33,444 bases of DNA from Halocafeteria seosinensis (lineage: Eukaryota): assembly GCA_001687465.1 (NCBI GenBank), contig LVLI01000805.1, positions 1 through 33,444 of the forward strand. The letters are read 5' to 3'. The notes under the pieces are model-generated. The model was not told the DNA's origin, searched no databases, and worked only from the letters and a program-made list of their open reading frames with translations. Positions 8,125 to 21,416 of this stretch are shown one piece after another. Each line of letters starts with the position of its first letter. Position 1 is the stretch's first letter. Made by a program: the position numbers and the translations under genes.

Positions 8125-11100
8125 ATGAACAGAGGAGGTGGAGGGGGGAAGGACCTGTCTATTCTTATCGGGGAAAATGTCGTCATCGTCGCCGATTTAC
8201 GAGACCCCGCACCGGGTCTTGGGGGGTCCGGACCTTCACGTGAAGATTTCGAGCGTCGCTGTCCATTATACTCTCGTTTTTGTGGCGACGCATCGCGGGA
8301 GTATCCGGATCTATGTGCATCACTACCAGGCGGGTACGTACCATGGGTGTCTGGTTCCGAACAAGACTCTCTGAAGGAACTCGCCATGTTTAGGAATTGT
8401 GAAAGACGACTTCAAACCACGAGTTTGCTATTTATCATTGCAGGCGATGGATCGAAATTGACGTTTGTTCGGGAATGCAAGAAAGTGTGCGGAGTGGCCA
8501 AGCCGATCCAATCCATGCAAGTTGTTCCCCATTGGCAGGCGATTTGTTGCATCTGTGATGGGCAATTCTGCATTCTGAGTCTCCCGGATCCTCCCGAAAT
8601 TCCCTCCCAGGAACTGAAATATTCAATCCCCTTTGACGTACTCAAGTCCGGATTGGAGAAAGGGTTTCGACAAGCGGCGGATAAGCAATTTGGTGTACCC
8701 CCATCGTCAGCCAACATCAGTGCCTCTACAAGCGGCGTCGGGTGGGCGCCTACTACTGGTGCTTCAGCTTCAGCCAACACGCCTCGTGGCCATGGGGCGG
8801 CAACGGTATGTCGGTACTGTTTATTTTATTGTACGATTGATGAAAATTGACAAAAAGCACATGTACTTAAATCCCTTAATTGCATGCAGCCAAGAAAGGG
8901 GCATCACAAAGCGAACGTGTCGTCCGGCTCGGGAGGAGGGTTGCATACCAACTACCCTTCCGGCAATTGGAGTCTTGGGAATAACGACAGTGGAAGCAGC
9001 ACAAACACCCCTTCCAAGAATCGCAAACAAAAGGAGTCGTCATCTAAAGGTATGTCAAATAGGGAAATCGCCAGTGTTGCACCAATCGTACTAGTGAGGA
9101 GAGGCTCAGCCCTCCATACATGCTCTGATTATGCGCTTTTCCCGCTACTTGGTGTCTGTGTGTTATCATCGAGGCGCACAATGCATATATTTAAGATAAA
9201 GAAAGCTTCGGAAAAAACGGGGAACAGGGGTGCTACCGCAGCTGCGCGGAGCAGCGACTCTAGAGGGCTAGCTCATATTACCTCTAGGTATCCTTCAATA
9301 GTCTCTCAAGACGACACAAACGAACTATCGAGATTCCCATCCGAAGGAGATTTGCGCAAAGTTTCAGTTAGTGTTGACTGCCTTCGAGATACTGATGGTA
9401 TCCCTATGGAAACGGGGCCAGCCCCAAGAGACTTGTCATCCGCTTTTTTCGAGAAGATGTTTGAAGTTGACGCTGGCGGACAAATATGTGATATTTTCCC
9501 ATTAGAAGGAACCAATGGAAGTGACGATCTCCTATCTGTCTCACCTTTAGGAACTGGAGGAGACAAGAAGTTCGTGCACATTCCAACCGCTGCCGCTTTG
9601 GCTGGTTCGCATGCAGTACTAGCTAGACGACCTGTTGATGCCTGGCTCGTAGTTGTCTCGAAGACGACTGTCCGCATCGTTTCAGTGCTTACTAGAGAAA
9701 TAATGGGAGAAACGAGTTTGGCATCCGAAGATGAACTGCTGACAGAGAGAGGCGGACTATTCGAAGATCGGCAACCACATTGTGGAATTACTCCCACTCT
9801 TAGTCTAAGCATTCTGCATGCTGCCCCCACAATGCTCCCAACCCCTCCTTTGAGGAACGTTGAAGACCTCGAACGAGAATATGAGAATCTGAAGTGGGCT
9901 TCGAAAACTAAAATAATAAGCGGACCCCAAACATCCTCAGAACCGATGACCGAAAATATGGGAAGTCGTTCGAGTCCCAGTATAGCCCCAACAATACCGA
10001 TTATTGACAATTATGTTGCTACAGATTCTGAGAACGCATCTGACACCAACGTCCGCACGTTTAGCGGTGGGCGTTGGAGACAATGGGAAATTGACCTCCG
10101 CTTTCGTGTGCGAGAAGACGACTTCCAGCAACAGCATCCTTTTCTGCGTCCCAGCAAGAGCTCTCATCGAATGATTACGGAGTGGAAGTCTGATGGGGAT
10201 GACGGGTCTTTCCAAGTTACCCAGGAACAGGAATGTCAAGATGTGGCCATTGAAAACAGCTCTCGCCTTAACATGGCAACCCAGCGATTGCAAGGGGAAC
10301 CATGGGCATGGACAGGTACTTTGCTCTTATACACGACCGGTGGATATCGGATACTCACTTTCGATGGACAGGAGTTGACAAAACAGAGAGACATGGATCA
10401 TGCATGGGAAGCTAATCATGCGTGGGGGGTACTTCAAGCGAACGAAAGTGAGTCCTCGTCAAAGGTTAAACACGTTTGCGATGATGGTGTTGGCCCAATG
10501 GACAATGAGCGACAGATGTATCTATCCGAGGATAGTTACGCAGAAATGATTGAAGCAGCAACGGCTTGGGTGACATACTTGGAGAATTCGGACGAGCCTG
10601 ATAACTACGGTTCTGATGAAGAACACATCCTTAGCAAACGTAAGGCCTCATCTCAGTTACTGCGGCAATTCCTGCAGGAAATCGCTAAACCGTCTACACC
10701 AGCAATTGCGTGGAAAGACTACATTTTATCTGACCAGTGGAAGCTTTTCATACAACGAGGCCTATTGAAGCAGCCTCCAGTAGGGCTCCAGCAACAATAC
10801 GTTATATTCAAAGAAGCAATCTACCAGGCCGCGTTGGCAATGCAGTATCTATTGCATGACTCGCTTCGCACAGTCCATTTGCATTCGAACCTGGCTCAAG
10901 CTAAATGGATGTTCGAGCATCAAGCGTTCCCCCAACCGTCAGCTCAATCAGTAGGGAGTAACCACGGTGTTGTTGCATCTTCGAGCCATCTGCGAATTTC
11001 ATCTGCAGCCTTCTCGGCAAGAAAGCCGTTTATGTTGCGAACGGAAGGGAACCGAGTTGATGTGGTGCATACAGATTGGACCAACTTTGACGATGACTTC

Positions 11101-14100
11101 GCCGCCTTGCATGGATCCATTCCACGTGAAATGCCAAAACTCGACGTCGTTCAAGAGTTTTTTGCTGATGCAGACCCGTATTTTACTACGTGTGGAAGTC
11201 TCTCGTCGCTGCGAAAGTCGCTTGCCAAAATGGACAAGATGGCTAATGTTGACAGTAGCTATGTCTTAAGTGACACAAACGTTGATCAGTTACTGCATTT
11301 ATGGGGTGTCAACAAGATAAAATACCCTACGTTTGAAGCAGCTTGTATTGCGGGCCATTACCTTCGATTTGGCATTTGTCTGTCGCCAATGCAAGCCTAT
11401 CAACTCAGCTTACCCGAGATAGTGTTTTCTGTCGAGGAGAAGACTCTTGTCGCTCTTGAAATGAAGAGCACACATAGACAAGCAGCTTCGCTCTTGTCTC
11501 TCAATCGGGAGAAGGAGTATAGGCGTGCTAAGTCGCTTTTTTTCACTGAGTCGGCATTCGATGTTGTTCACCGGAGTTGCGAGGGTCCCACTGTGAAGTG
11601 GGGTTCGGTATACGACATAAACATGTCCCAAAGTTCGGACGGGTATTCCCTGTTGGAAAGCGTCAGTAGTGAACCACATGCTGCCTCGCGGGCATTCTAC
11701 CATCTTTTCAGTAGCTGCGAAGCCGTTGAAAATGTCATCGCCCTCTTCCCGCAGCTTCTACCTTCGGGATTCATTCTTAGGAGACCTCGGCGCGAGAACC
11801 AACGTCACATCCGTTTCTTCGTTAAAGAGCAGATTTCGACGATTCTCCCCGAATTCCTTCAGTACTTGCAGTGGTGGAGGCTATTGTTCCAGCGCAGGAG
11901 CAAAACTACCGCAAGCGTAGATACTTTGCAAGACAAGTTTACCGGCGCTTGGTGGTCACATGCTGAGGAGAACGTACTTGATCCATCAGAATACAGCCTC
12001 GGAGGCACGGTTGGGTATGATACGGAGCGACCTCTTGCCCTGTCTGAAGGCGGGGCAAGACCATCTGAATCATTATATGATGAAGATGTGATATCAAAAT
12101 TGAATAGTCGTTTGGGAACAGCCTTGTATCGTTCGGAATTGGTAGATACTGTGATTGCCCTAGCTTTGGTGTGGATGCTTCGATATACGGAAGATACTCA
12201 AATATCTGATTTGAACGGTCGTTTAGATCGAAACACTGGTGTCTTCCAAGATCGGCGCAATGTAGCGATGGTCTCTCAAGACCATGCTTCAGACTCTGAA
12301 TTATTTGATGATGAATCGCTTCCTGAAGAGTTGGAAGAAGAAAGTGATGAAGACGAAGAATTGGACGATAAATTTCTTCCGAGTGATAAGGTTTATCACC
12401 AAGATTTACCGCCGATTCGATCGGTGGAGCAACGTCGGCGACTACACGTAACACCCTCTGGGCGTAACTCTTCTCGAGGTGGTTTCGAATCTATGTCGGG
12501 TACACCCAGGTCCCCAGCCACCCATTCACCCAAAAACCAGAGGAATACAGCCGAAGAGATGGTTCTCAATATGTCGGCATCTGAGTACCTCTTTCGTACT
12601 CCACCGATTAGTGTGAAATCTACAAAGAGTATCCCTGCCTTTTACCAGTGGAACCGATTTTGGGGCTTCTCTTCTGACGCTCAAAAGTTATTTCGGGAGA
12701 TGAGAGCAGAAGAGAAAAACACCGACCAGCTACAATTTTCAGATTCTTTGGAGTCAAAGCTCCATCAATTGTTTTGTAGCGGACACAAAGCATGGGTCCC
12801 AGAAGTGGCACACCAATTGGAGAAGAAGGGGCTCAATACATGCCTCGTCTTACTTTACTGGTCTGTCGGTAATCATGAAAAAGCAGTTAACGTGCTCTGG
12901 TCGGACCTTTTGGAAGCGTTGCAATTATGTTCTCAAGACGATGATCCACCTGGGTCACCAGGTGCCCGTTCGCGACTAATGGAGACTTGTCTCTGTCGAC
13001 TTCTAGATTATCTCCAAAGATTGGGAGGTGATCAAGATGCACTGATTTTTGCCACTCTGCGCCCCGTTTTAGGAGGAATGTTTGGAGGCAAGGGGAGAAG
13101 GATGGGTTTGGATATGCTCGTACGAGGTGTTTGCGGATGGAGAGGCAGTGAAAACAACGTTGTTCCTTACTGTGAAAACAGTATATCCGATATAGCCGGG
13201 AACCACGATGGCTCTCGTTGCACTTTTGGGAGTTGGCAACCGGTAAGCCTGACTGGAGCAATTCTTTTGCTATCGAACATTTCAACAGACAGACTTCGAA
13301 AAATGCAAGATGAGTCACTAAGCTTGGATTTTATCACAAGGTTGCTCATACACCCGAAAACGGATAAACTCTCGTCGAACCGCTTGCATCGGCAAATGAA
13401 GATATCCAAGGATACTCAAAAGTGGCAGTGGGACGGCGTCCGGTATATCATGAGGTTTATGGAGAGTATGCTCTGGCAAGACTTGCCGAGACGGACACTG
13501 ACCATGCAAGAAATGATCGAAACATTGAATAACCATCAAAATAGTCTCCGCGAATATTTTCCCAAGATCTACGAGACAGCCTCCCCGATAAGTTCCGAAC
13601 AGCTTCATGGAGAGGCAAGCCCAAGTGAAATGTACCTATCGAACAAGTTAATCCTGCTGGCCTCCTGTTACGCCGTCATTCTATCTCGCCATCTGGAAAA
13701 GCACTATCAGAATAACCACGGCACTGGCGCGTCCGACCCTGTTTGGAGCAATTCTCCCGATACACGCACCAGCTCAGAGGGAAGTGGAAGTATGGTGACT
13801 CATTCGTGGCAGTTTTCGGAAAACACAGGAATCATGGAGGCTGCGTTGGCTGGATTAGATCCGCTCTTCCCCAAGGAAGCTTCAAATAATGTTATAATGA
13901 CTGCTCCCGGGGAAGAATCGGACTCTCGTGTTGCCCTGCTGCGGCGCCGTCTTTTGACCATATTGGCGATAAAAAATGTTTGGGACTCCAATTTTGATGC
14001 ATGCTCTCTTGTCTTGTCTTTTTTGCCAAGAAATGCATGTTGGGAGGAAAAGACGTTGTTGCTGTGCCATTGTGGCAACCACCTAAACAGTCTTCGAATA

Positions 14101-14508
14101 CTAGCACACGTGGTCGCTGATCATCAGTCGGTTTTGGCGTACTGTCGCGAGGTCGGACAGACGCTTAGTGCCGATATGTATGTGCAATGCTTGGAAGCTT
14201 ATCTACTTCCGCCACCGTGGCCCTTCCGCAAGACCTTAGATGAAGAAGCACTTCTCACTAACGCTTTGAATGTCGTGCTGCGCATTAACCACGCGGGACA
14301 AGTACAACGAGTTATTGAAAGGTTACCCTCAGAAGCTCCCACGCACTTGGTTGCTCCGGTCGTGCGGCGGGTTTTTCAGCTACGACAGTATCAATCGAGA
14401 ATGCTCCATCAGCAGATTTCCTTGGAGACTTCGCGAAAACAGGCGCAACTATATAGGATAAAGAAGCTTCAGGAGGAAATGCAAAATCTGACCAACCCTC
14501 GAAAATAA
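8125..14508 (+). CDS. VPS39: Vps39/Vam6/TGFBRAP1-like protein (CNH beta-propeller plus clathrin-repeat-like helical C-terminus), ~2099 aa, 2 exons
   Basis: ORFs 8122-8850 and 8884-14508 share a frame and are joined by a GTATGT...TGCAG intron at 8806-8889 (84 nt). CNH-like N-terminus (KPIQSMQVVPHWQAICCICDGQFCILSL). Family-type motifs LVLLYWSVGNHEKAVNVLW and WEEKTLLLCHCGNHLNSLRILAHVVADHQSVLAYC, plus QRVIERLPSEAP. VPS39 versus TGFBRAP1/Vps3 cannot be resolved by eye. Confidence 0.72.
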
Positions 14509-14739
14509 CGTATGGTTTGATAGTAATGCTGTTCTTAGTTGATTCAATAGGAACAAGATCATGACATAATGATGCTGTGCAATTTTGTGTAGTTTAAAGC
14601 TGGCACTCATTTTGCTCCCGATTAATGTGAAAAGATTCAGTATCTTCCCAACTATCAGAGTGAAGAATCATTTTGTGAGCAACCATTCGGTGGTTCCACA
14701 GTTTTTCGTCTTTGAGTGCTATTAATTCCGATACTGTGA

Positions 14740-16014
14740 TCACTCTGGGGCTTCCTCCTCGAGCATTCCTAGAGCTCTTTTTGCTTGTTGAGATACTTTC
14801 GTCCTATTGGATGAAGCCAATTTTCGCAGCACCGCAACTCCACCTGCAGCTCTAACTTTTTCCTGACTATCGGCTGCGGTGCAGTTGAAAATGTGCTGAC
14901 AATTGAAGCGGTAATGTTCGCATCAGGTCAACACTCACCGCTGACACAGAGATTCCTTAACGCCCTCGTGCATTGACTCTGGAGTTCCCCGTCTTCAGCC
15001 TCTATATGCTCAAGTATCATTGGTATAACACCTTTGTTGGCTATATCCCGTTCGTTTTTCTCTGCACGCTCGCGTATGAGTGAAAATCTCGTGCAACAAA
15101 GAATCCACTTCACCGGCGAATGGCATGCAATGCTTACCATCCACAGCTAAGTTCGCTATAGCAGCGATAGCCTCAATCTGTACTCCACGGGTATCTGATC
15201 GCATGAGTTCGATGAGAGGGTCTATCCCGTTGGCTTCAGCAATCTTGCGTTTGTTGTCGACGTTTACTCCAAGGTTAGCTAGCGCTTTCGCTGATTGCCT
15301 TTGGACGTGAGGAGAAGATGACGAGAGTAAATGAATAATCATTTCCAGTCCTTTGTTTTCGGCCATTTTGACCTGGTTTTCCGCTGGAAGTAGGAAAATG
15401 AAACAGAATGGAAAACGAAAGATCAGGGAGAAAAAGTCGGATCTCAGGTCTACCGTACAGTTTACACTGAGGTTTGCCAAAGCATGTGCCGCAAGACGGC
15501 GAACTTCTAAACTGTCACTCTTGGTGAGTGGAAGCAATAAATCTAGCCCTCCTGATTCCACGATTTGCTTCTGAAGTTGGGCTGCGCAACATTAACGTGG
15601 GTTACAACGATTCACCTTTTGTTTTTGTTTTTTTTTCCTGAGCTTACGTTTCACAGCTTCGTTGGCTAACTTCTCCGCCACTAGTCGTTGCGTTTCCGTA
15701 TCCGACGCTTGCGCATACATGATCAATCGCTGCAGATGCAATCGCATCGTCTCTGTGAATTCCTCATCGGCTGCGACGCGCACCACATCTCAAAAGAAAT
15801 GATTCCTCTGCTTCCTTTCACTTCAAACAACACCAAACTTCCCGAGGAGGTGGATGTAACGGATCTATTTTGGAACGAGAATTCCTCTTGTGGGATCTTA
15901 ATCCTCGTAATACAAAGACTCACACAACTTCAACGAGAACTCGCTCTGGACGGCAAAGTTCCCTTGCGACGTCGACGACGACGACGAGGAGGAGGAGGAG
16001 TTTGAATTACCCAT
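14740..16014 (-). CDS. Small armadillo-repeat protein (Vac8-like), ~285 aa, 6 exons
   Basis: Predicted introns: 15923-15789 (uncertain, GAG acceptor), 15647-15582, 15458-15384, 15137-15062 and 14938-14874. The spliced product gives clean ARM repeats (GGLDLLLPLTKSDSLEVRRLAAHALANLSVNSENQVKM..., VQRQSAKALANLGVNVDNKRKIAEANGIDPLIEL, ELQSQCTRALRNL). Stop TGA at 14742-14740. The N-terminal exon MGNSNSSS is less certain; the fallback start is MRLHLQRL. Confidence 0.85.
15968..16000. repeat. (GAC)n(GAG)n trinucleotide run, poly-Ser on the minus strand
   Basis: gacgtcgacgacgacgacgaggaggaggaggag seen directly. Confidence 0.8.
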
Positions 16015-16659
16015 GACGACGCAATCTCTCTGTCTCGCTTTCAACGGAAGGAAAGAGCACAACCACGGACCATCCCACTCGAGAGCCAGTGGAAATGCGA
16101 AAATGTACGCGATGATATCGCTTTCTATATGGATAACAAACCTCCTGGTACCGGAAACTCTGGTTCAAAATGAACAAGACAATCTTTTCTTGATCCGAGC
16201 AAACAAATCGCCGACTTGGTTTCTAATGGGAAATGGGAATGACAATGTGGTATGTCAAGAGATGGGTACATAATGAGCGATTTGCTAGGCTCAATTCAAT
16301 CACAAAGCGCATTCGGTATCTTTGAGACTATAAAAGAAGTCCCGTTGCTCCAACTTCAACTTGGGCACCAACGGATCATTCATGCTGATATCACCTGTAT
16401 TTCATGTTTAAGGGCCTATTTTGTGTCACAGTTGCACCGTCAAGGGTACGTTCCGACCAGCTGATTCACATTAGGAGGAGGAAGATTAAGCACCCTCACA
16501 TACCCCATAGTCGATTTGAAATCTGGAAGTTTGGCGCGCTTATTCCCCTCATCCCGTTAGTCCATTAAGCAGTCATTTCCATGTGATGCTTGCGTCGCCG
16601 ACCTCTAGTTGGTGTGGATTCCCGCGTCTCGACTGACTGGCAACAAGAAACTTGATACC

Positions 16660-19600
16660 ATGGGGGCGTACATGTCGTACATGGACACGTCCTTCCGGGA
16701 AGAGTTACAGGAATGGACGTTTCCTGAGGTTGTGGAAGTAGCAAGGCGTATTCAGGAAAAACATGCACAGGTGCCGTCGGACAATCTGAAAACCCTACGG
16801 CGATGTTCAGGCCCTGCTGGGGTTCTGTTTGAGGTAGCTGTCGCTCGACATGAGTTCTTCGAAGATTTCCTAGCAACGGTTTTGGTAAACACGTCGGGGA
16901 AAACGCTAGCATTGTCGCATTGGCTATTTCGAGCACTGGATGGATGCCGCACTAATACAGTTTTCGTGTTGGATGCTTTGATACCTCTAATTCTCTGTTG
17001 CTACATTGATCCGAACCATGTGCCTTCGAACTCTCCCTTTGAGAAGTAAGCCCAAGTTTGTTAGGGGTGATAATCAGATACTCATGCATACTTGTACGCT
17101 TAGTTTTGCAGTTATACGGCGTCAACTAGCGCCCACGAGGCTGCAAAGCTCCAGTTTCAACGATATGCCCTGATTTTTGATTTGTTGGTAGGGAACAAAA
17201 TTGACCTGAGTCACTATAAATATGATGAGCAGAAACCATCACTTGAGACCGATTCGGAAGAACGGAGACCACGGATGAAAGCACATAGAGAGCATATCAT
17301 TCAAGGACTGTTGTCTTTGGCGACGAGTTTGTACTTATTGCAGGCAACAAGTAGATTACCGGGGATGGATGTCGCCAGCCGTCCTTCCGACGCAGTCCTC
17401 TTCTGCTTTGGTAAGAGTCCACAGTGTTTCGTCCCGAGAGCGAAATCGGAGAAGAGAGTGGTACCAAGGCAGGTTACCCGCTCATTGTTTTGGGAGAATG
17501 TTGGCAAACCAAAAGTAGAAGACACCGACGGAATACCGTCGATAGCTGAGCAAACTACAGAGGAGAAATTCGCGAATGCAAGAACGGAGTTGAGCGAAAT
17601 ACTAACACATATGTCACAAGTTACAAACTCGGCTTCCTCAAAAGGTTTCATTCCTAAGGCCCATTTCATTGGATATTGCCTTACGGAAATTTGCGCGCAC
17701 CAGATACTGACGCGTTTCAATTTACATAAAACAACATTCGACGCAAAGTTTTCTGTCGAACAGCTTCCAAGGTTTTATCCACGTCTGGAGTCTAAGAAGA
17801 GATCGGGACCAACAGCAGAAGGAGAGAGAAACACAGGGAAAAGTGATTCAGTCGTGAAGAGTACATCAAAGAGAGGCAGCGTTTTCCGCGTTTCCAGGCA
17901 GGGTAACGTTTCTGGGGGAACTCAAGCTCTTTTCAGACATCACTTGCGGCAGAAGAACCTGGAGAAAGCCACAAATAGAAACAAAATGGCGGAAATGATT
18001 TACAAGACGAATCTGTCCTTAAATGAGGTTCAGACGTTGAAGGAAAAATTCCTCCCACTTGCCGATTCGAAAGGAAATTTAAACCATGCTAGTTTCAAGA
18101 TGGTAAGCTACAGCCTATAATCTTCAACCGTGTTGGTGGCTGTATCATGTTTGCCCTATCGATGATATGCAGCTAATGCTTTCTCACTTCCCATCATTCG
18201 CGGCTGACGAGACTTGCGAAAAGTTGTTTGCTGGTAAGTCAAAGTGTGCTCTATAGACCCCTTCAAAGATCATTTGGTCCCTAATACTCTATGATAACAG
18301 TGTTCGACGAAGATGGCAACGGCAGCTTAGATTTTAGAGAGTTCGTCTGTGGAATGGCCCGCATGATTAGCGGAGATCTTGACAGCAAGCTCGAGATCAT
18401 GTTTGACATATACGATTTAGATGGTACGACAGCTCTTCTACAGGGTTCGCTAGTCAGGGGAGCTCCTAAACCTTACTTTGTCGCAGGAGATGGAACAATT
18501 TCCTTGCATGAGCTAATACGCTTTGTTAAGTCCAGTAGCCAACAGATTTTCGATTCTTTCGCCGCGGAGCAGAATGCTTTAACTGAAATTAAAACTGAAA
18601 TTGCTGGACAATTCAATCTTGTAAGTGTATCGCTTCTCAAATAAGCGAGCGGGAAACTGGACTGCAAACCAAATGGATCAATGTTTGAAATGTCTCACAC
18701 TTACAGAAAGAGTTTCAAGAAACGTTCGTGGAGCGACCAATCTTAGCCCAGGCGTTTGGACTCCGAACTCTGGAAGAGAAATATGAACCAGTGTGCGAGT
18801 TAGTAAGCGAAATTAAGAAGACGCTTTCTGAGATGATGGCTCCCAAAGTATACGAGAGGACTGAAGGAAGTAATCCTACGGCGGACACTGCCGAAAGGAA
18901 GCGAAGAGGCAGCATTCTCGCCGTAATCGGGGAAAATGAACAAAGTGAGGAAGTTATGTCCGCCGGTGACTTTTACAACAACTTCTCATTCGAGAATGTG
19001 ATGGAAATGTACAAAGCATGGTCACAACAGCAACGGTTCATCGAAGATAATCCTCGTGCGTTTGAAATATATATGAGGGATACCTGCTATTCTGGGCTCC
19101 CGAGTGGAGACGGATCCCCCAAACGACCAGATCCTGCTCAAAGCCATTCCCTTAATGAGAGTAAGCAATCAAGCGATGCTTTAGAAGTAAGTCTGGTTGC
19201 TTTGCAGGGGAAGAGTTAGGTAGTGTAATCGGTTTGGAGCGTTTTGGCTAACATACAGTTTACAAGACATATGCCCGCCTTCTTGGCACCAGTCATGAAG
19301 AGCCTTGGGGGGCTGCCTCCAACAGAACTGGATTCTAACTCGTTCTTAGCCATATTTTCAGTCGTGTTTGAAGCCAACGAGCAGTTTAACCCCCTGCTTT
19401 TTAAGCTCTGGGAAGAATGTAGTAGCTGCAGGACTTCGTTCAGAATGACGTACGTCTGCTTGGGCAATCTAACTACTAAACGGGAAGCTAACATTCTTTC
19501 CGTAGATTTGCAGAATGAGGGAAGCTTTGAGAATGCTCGGACTCTGCTTAGCTCGAGGGCCACTTCAGAAAGCGGAGGTTCTCTTTAGAGACTTCGGTAT

Positions 19601-21384
19601 GTTTGATGTTTTCTATCTCAATGGCGTAGATTGAATAAATGGCTTTGTAACTCTCCTCAGATTCTGCTGCTAACGGATATGTCCCACTTCGCAACTTGAA
19701 CAAGTTGGTCATTTCTAGGCAGGCGGAACTGGATGAGAACTTATCCTCAGTTACTCACCTACTGTCAGCTCTGGACAAGAACAACTCAGGAACTATCAGC
19801 AAGGAAGAATTTTCTGAAGCTATACATCAAAGCCCCGAAATTTTGAAGGCTTTCGGGATCTTGCTTGGAATCTCGGGCGATGACGAACAAATCCAAAGTA
19901 TTGCAATGAAACAGCATGCATTAGAGACACTATCCCAAGCGGGAACCAGCTCGTTTCTAACGAATGATACTGTCAAAGACGATTTGATAAATCGACAGAA
20001 CTTTGTTTTGGCAGCCCATCGGCATCGTTTTGAACAATACTCCTCAGGGAGTAAGAATGATGCGGACTTTATCAAGAAGTCTCCTTTTGCGCAGTCTTTG
20101 AATGCCGGAGGGATTGGACCACTCAAAGCAACATTTTACAATGAGCAGGACCAAAGAGCGGCTCAAAGATACTCACGAACCTTACAAGAGGAAAACAGAA
20201 CGCTGAAGTACAGCAACTCTGACCTACGAAGAACCCTCAACAAAGCGGAAAGCGATAATATAATGAACGCCGTAGACAAACTGAACCGCAGCAACACAGC
20301 GTCTTCTGGGATCAGCTGCACAGAGGGAAAAGAGACAACCTCTTCAAGGATGGAGATGGAAAAGAGGAGAAGTCTCTTGCCTCGCATGCGACAGAAATCA
20401 CAGGCTAGTTATTTCGGCGGGTTGAGACTTCTGGAGGCGGAAGAAGCTTCCAAGCATTCGGAGTCTTCCGAAGATCCTGATACAATGCCTCTTGTTATAT
20501 GGGATCAAACAGACAGCATCCAGAACAGAAAGCGAAGGGCATTGAGGTCGGTGGGTGATTTGAGGGCTCATTTGGATAAGAAAGTACAAGATACCGAGAG
20601 GGAACTGAGCGAGTTTAATATCCAGCTTCGACAATATGAGAAGCGCCAATGGAAGCGTAAACAAGAAAGCATGACAAGGGAGCAGAAGCGTAAACGGGAG
20701 GACAACAAACTTGGAGATTTCGTCAACAGTTTAAGACTTCAGCAAACTAAGTATGAATCGGCCAAGATATTGAAGCCGGCTGGATCCAACCGGTTCCGCA
20801 ACATGATCAAAAACAACCACCTGCGCATGCGCGATAGAGAAACACTGCAATCAAGGTCGATTTTAACAGGAAATAGCGAAAACAGTGGTATAGCATCACT
20901 TGACCAAGGTAAGTTCGAACTTCAAACAATACAACTTATTATACCGTGCACTCTGATCGCGAACAACCACCTGACAACCTCCGCAGAACAAGCCGGGACT
21001 GCACACCGAACTAACACACGAGGAAGTGGAAGATCCCGACAGCGATTTACGAAACCTGAGACAGGTGAATCATCAGAGTCCGATACCACGTCCGAAGACA
21101 ATACTGAATATCCCTGGGTCTATAAGCCCCATATAGTAAGGGGGGCATTGCTACGACGTAATTCAGCAGAGACAAGCGAGTTCGTCCCAAGAAGAACACT
21201 CAAACGAAGGTCTCCAAAGGCCACTGATATACACTCGCTGCTTTGCGTGCGAAGGCTACTAGGGCGCAGAACTCCGCACAAACCTCCGGCACAGAGAACA
21301 TTAGAAAATAGTACAATGTTTCCGCTTGAAACTGAGAAACATGTACTGCCGGTAGCCTTCGGTAGTTCTAACTATGGGAAATGA
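16660..21384 (+). CDS. Large multi-EF-hand protein with NCS/calcineurin-B-like modules and a charged/coiled-coil tail, ~1364 aa, 10 exons
   Basis: Start MGAYMS (MGxxxS). Predicted introns: 17046-17111, 18103-18172, 18234-18300, 18424-18486, 18621-18706, 19187-19258, 19450-19513 (less certain), 19597-19660 and 20909-20986. Exons sum to 4095 nt in frame. Canonical EF loops DEDGNGSLDFRE, DLDGDGTISLHE (after splicing) and DKNNSGTISKEE. Confidence 0.8.
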
Positions 21385-21416
21385 GAGCGACTGTTTCCAA
21401 GAAATGAAGTTATGCC

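Noticed and set aside
8848..8883. Two separate genes (242 aa and 1874 aa ORFs)
   Set aside because: Same frame, bridged by an AT-rich 84-nt GT-AG intron; the CNH-like region spans both parts.
9306..10010. Long antisense ORFs (for example 234 aa here and 185 aa at 26323-26880)
   Set aside because: They lie opposite long real CDSs, have no recognisable motifs and are expected shadows of coding sequence.
15688..16464. Plus-strand ORFs including a poly-Arg/Gly tail (15688-16005, 16013-16273, 16252-16464)
   Set aside because: Antisense to the ARM 5' exons or within the divergent intergenic gap; the poly-Arg is a reading of the GAC/GAG microsatellite.
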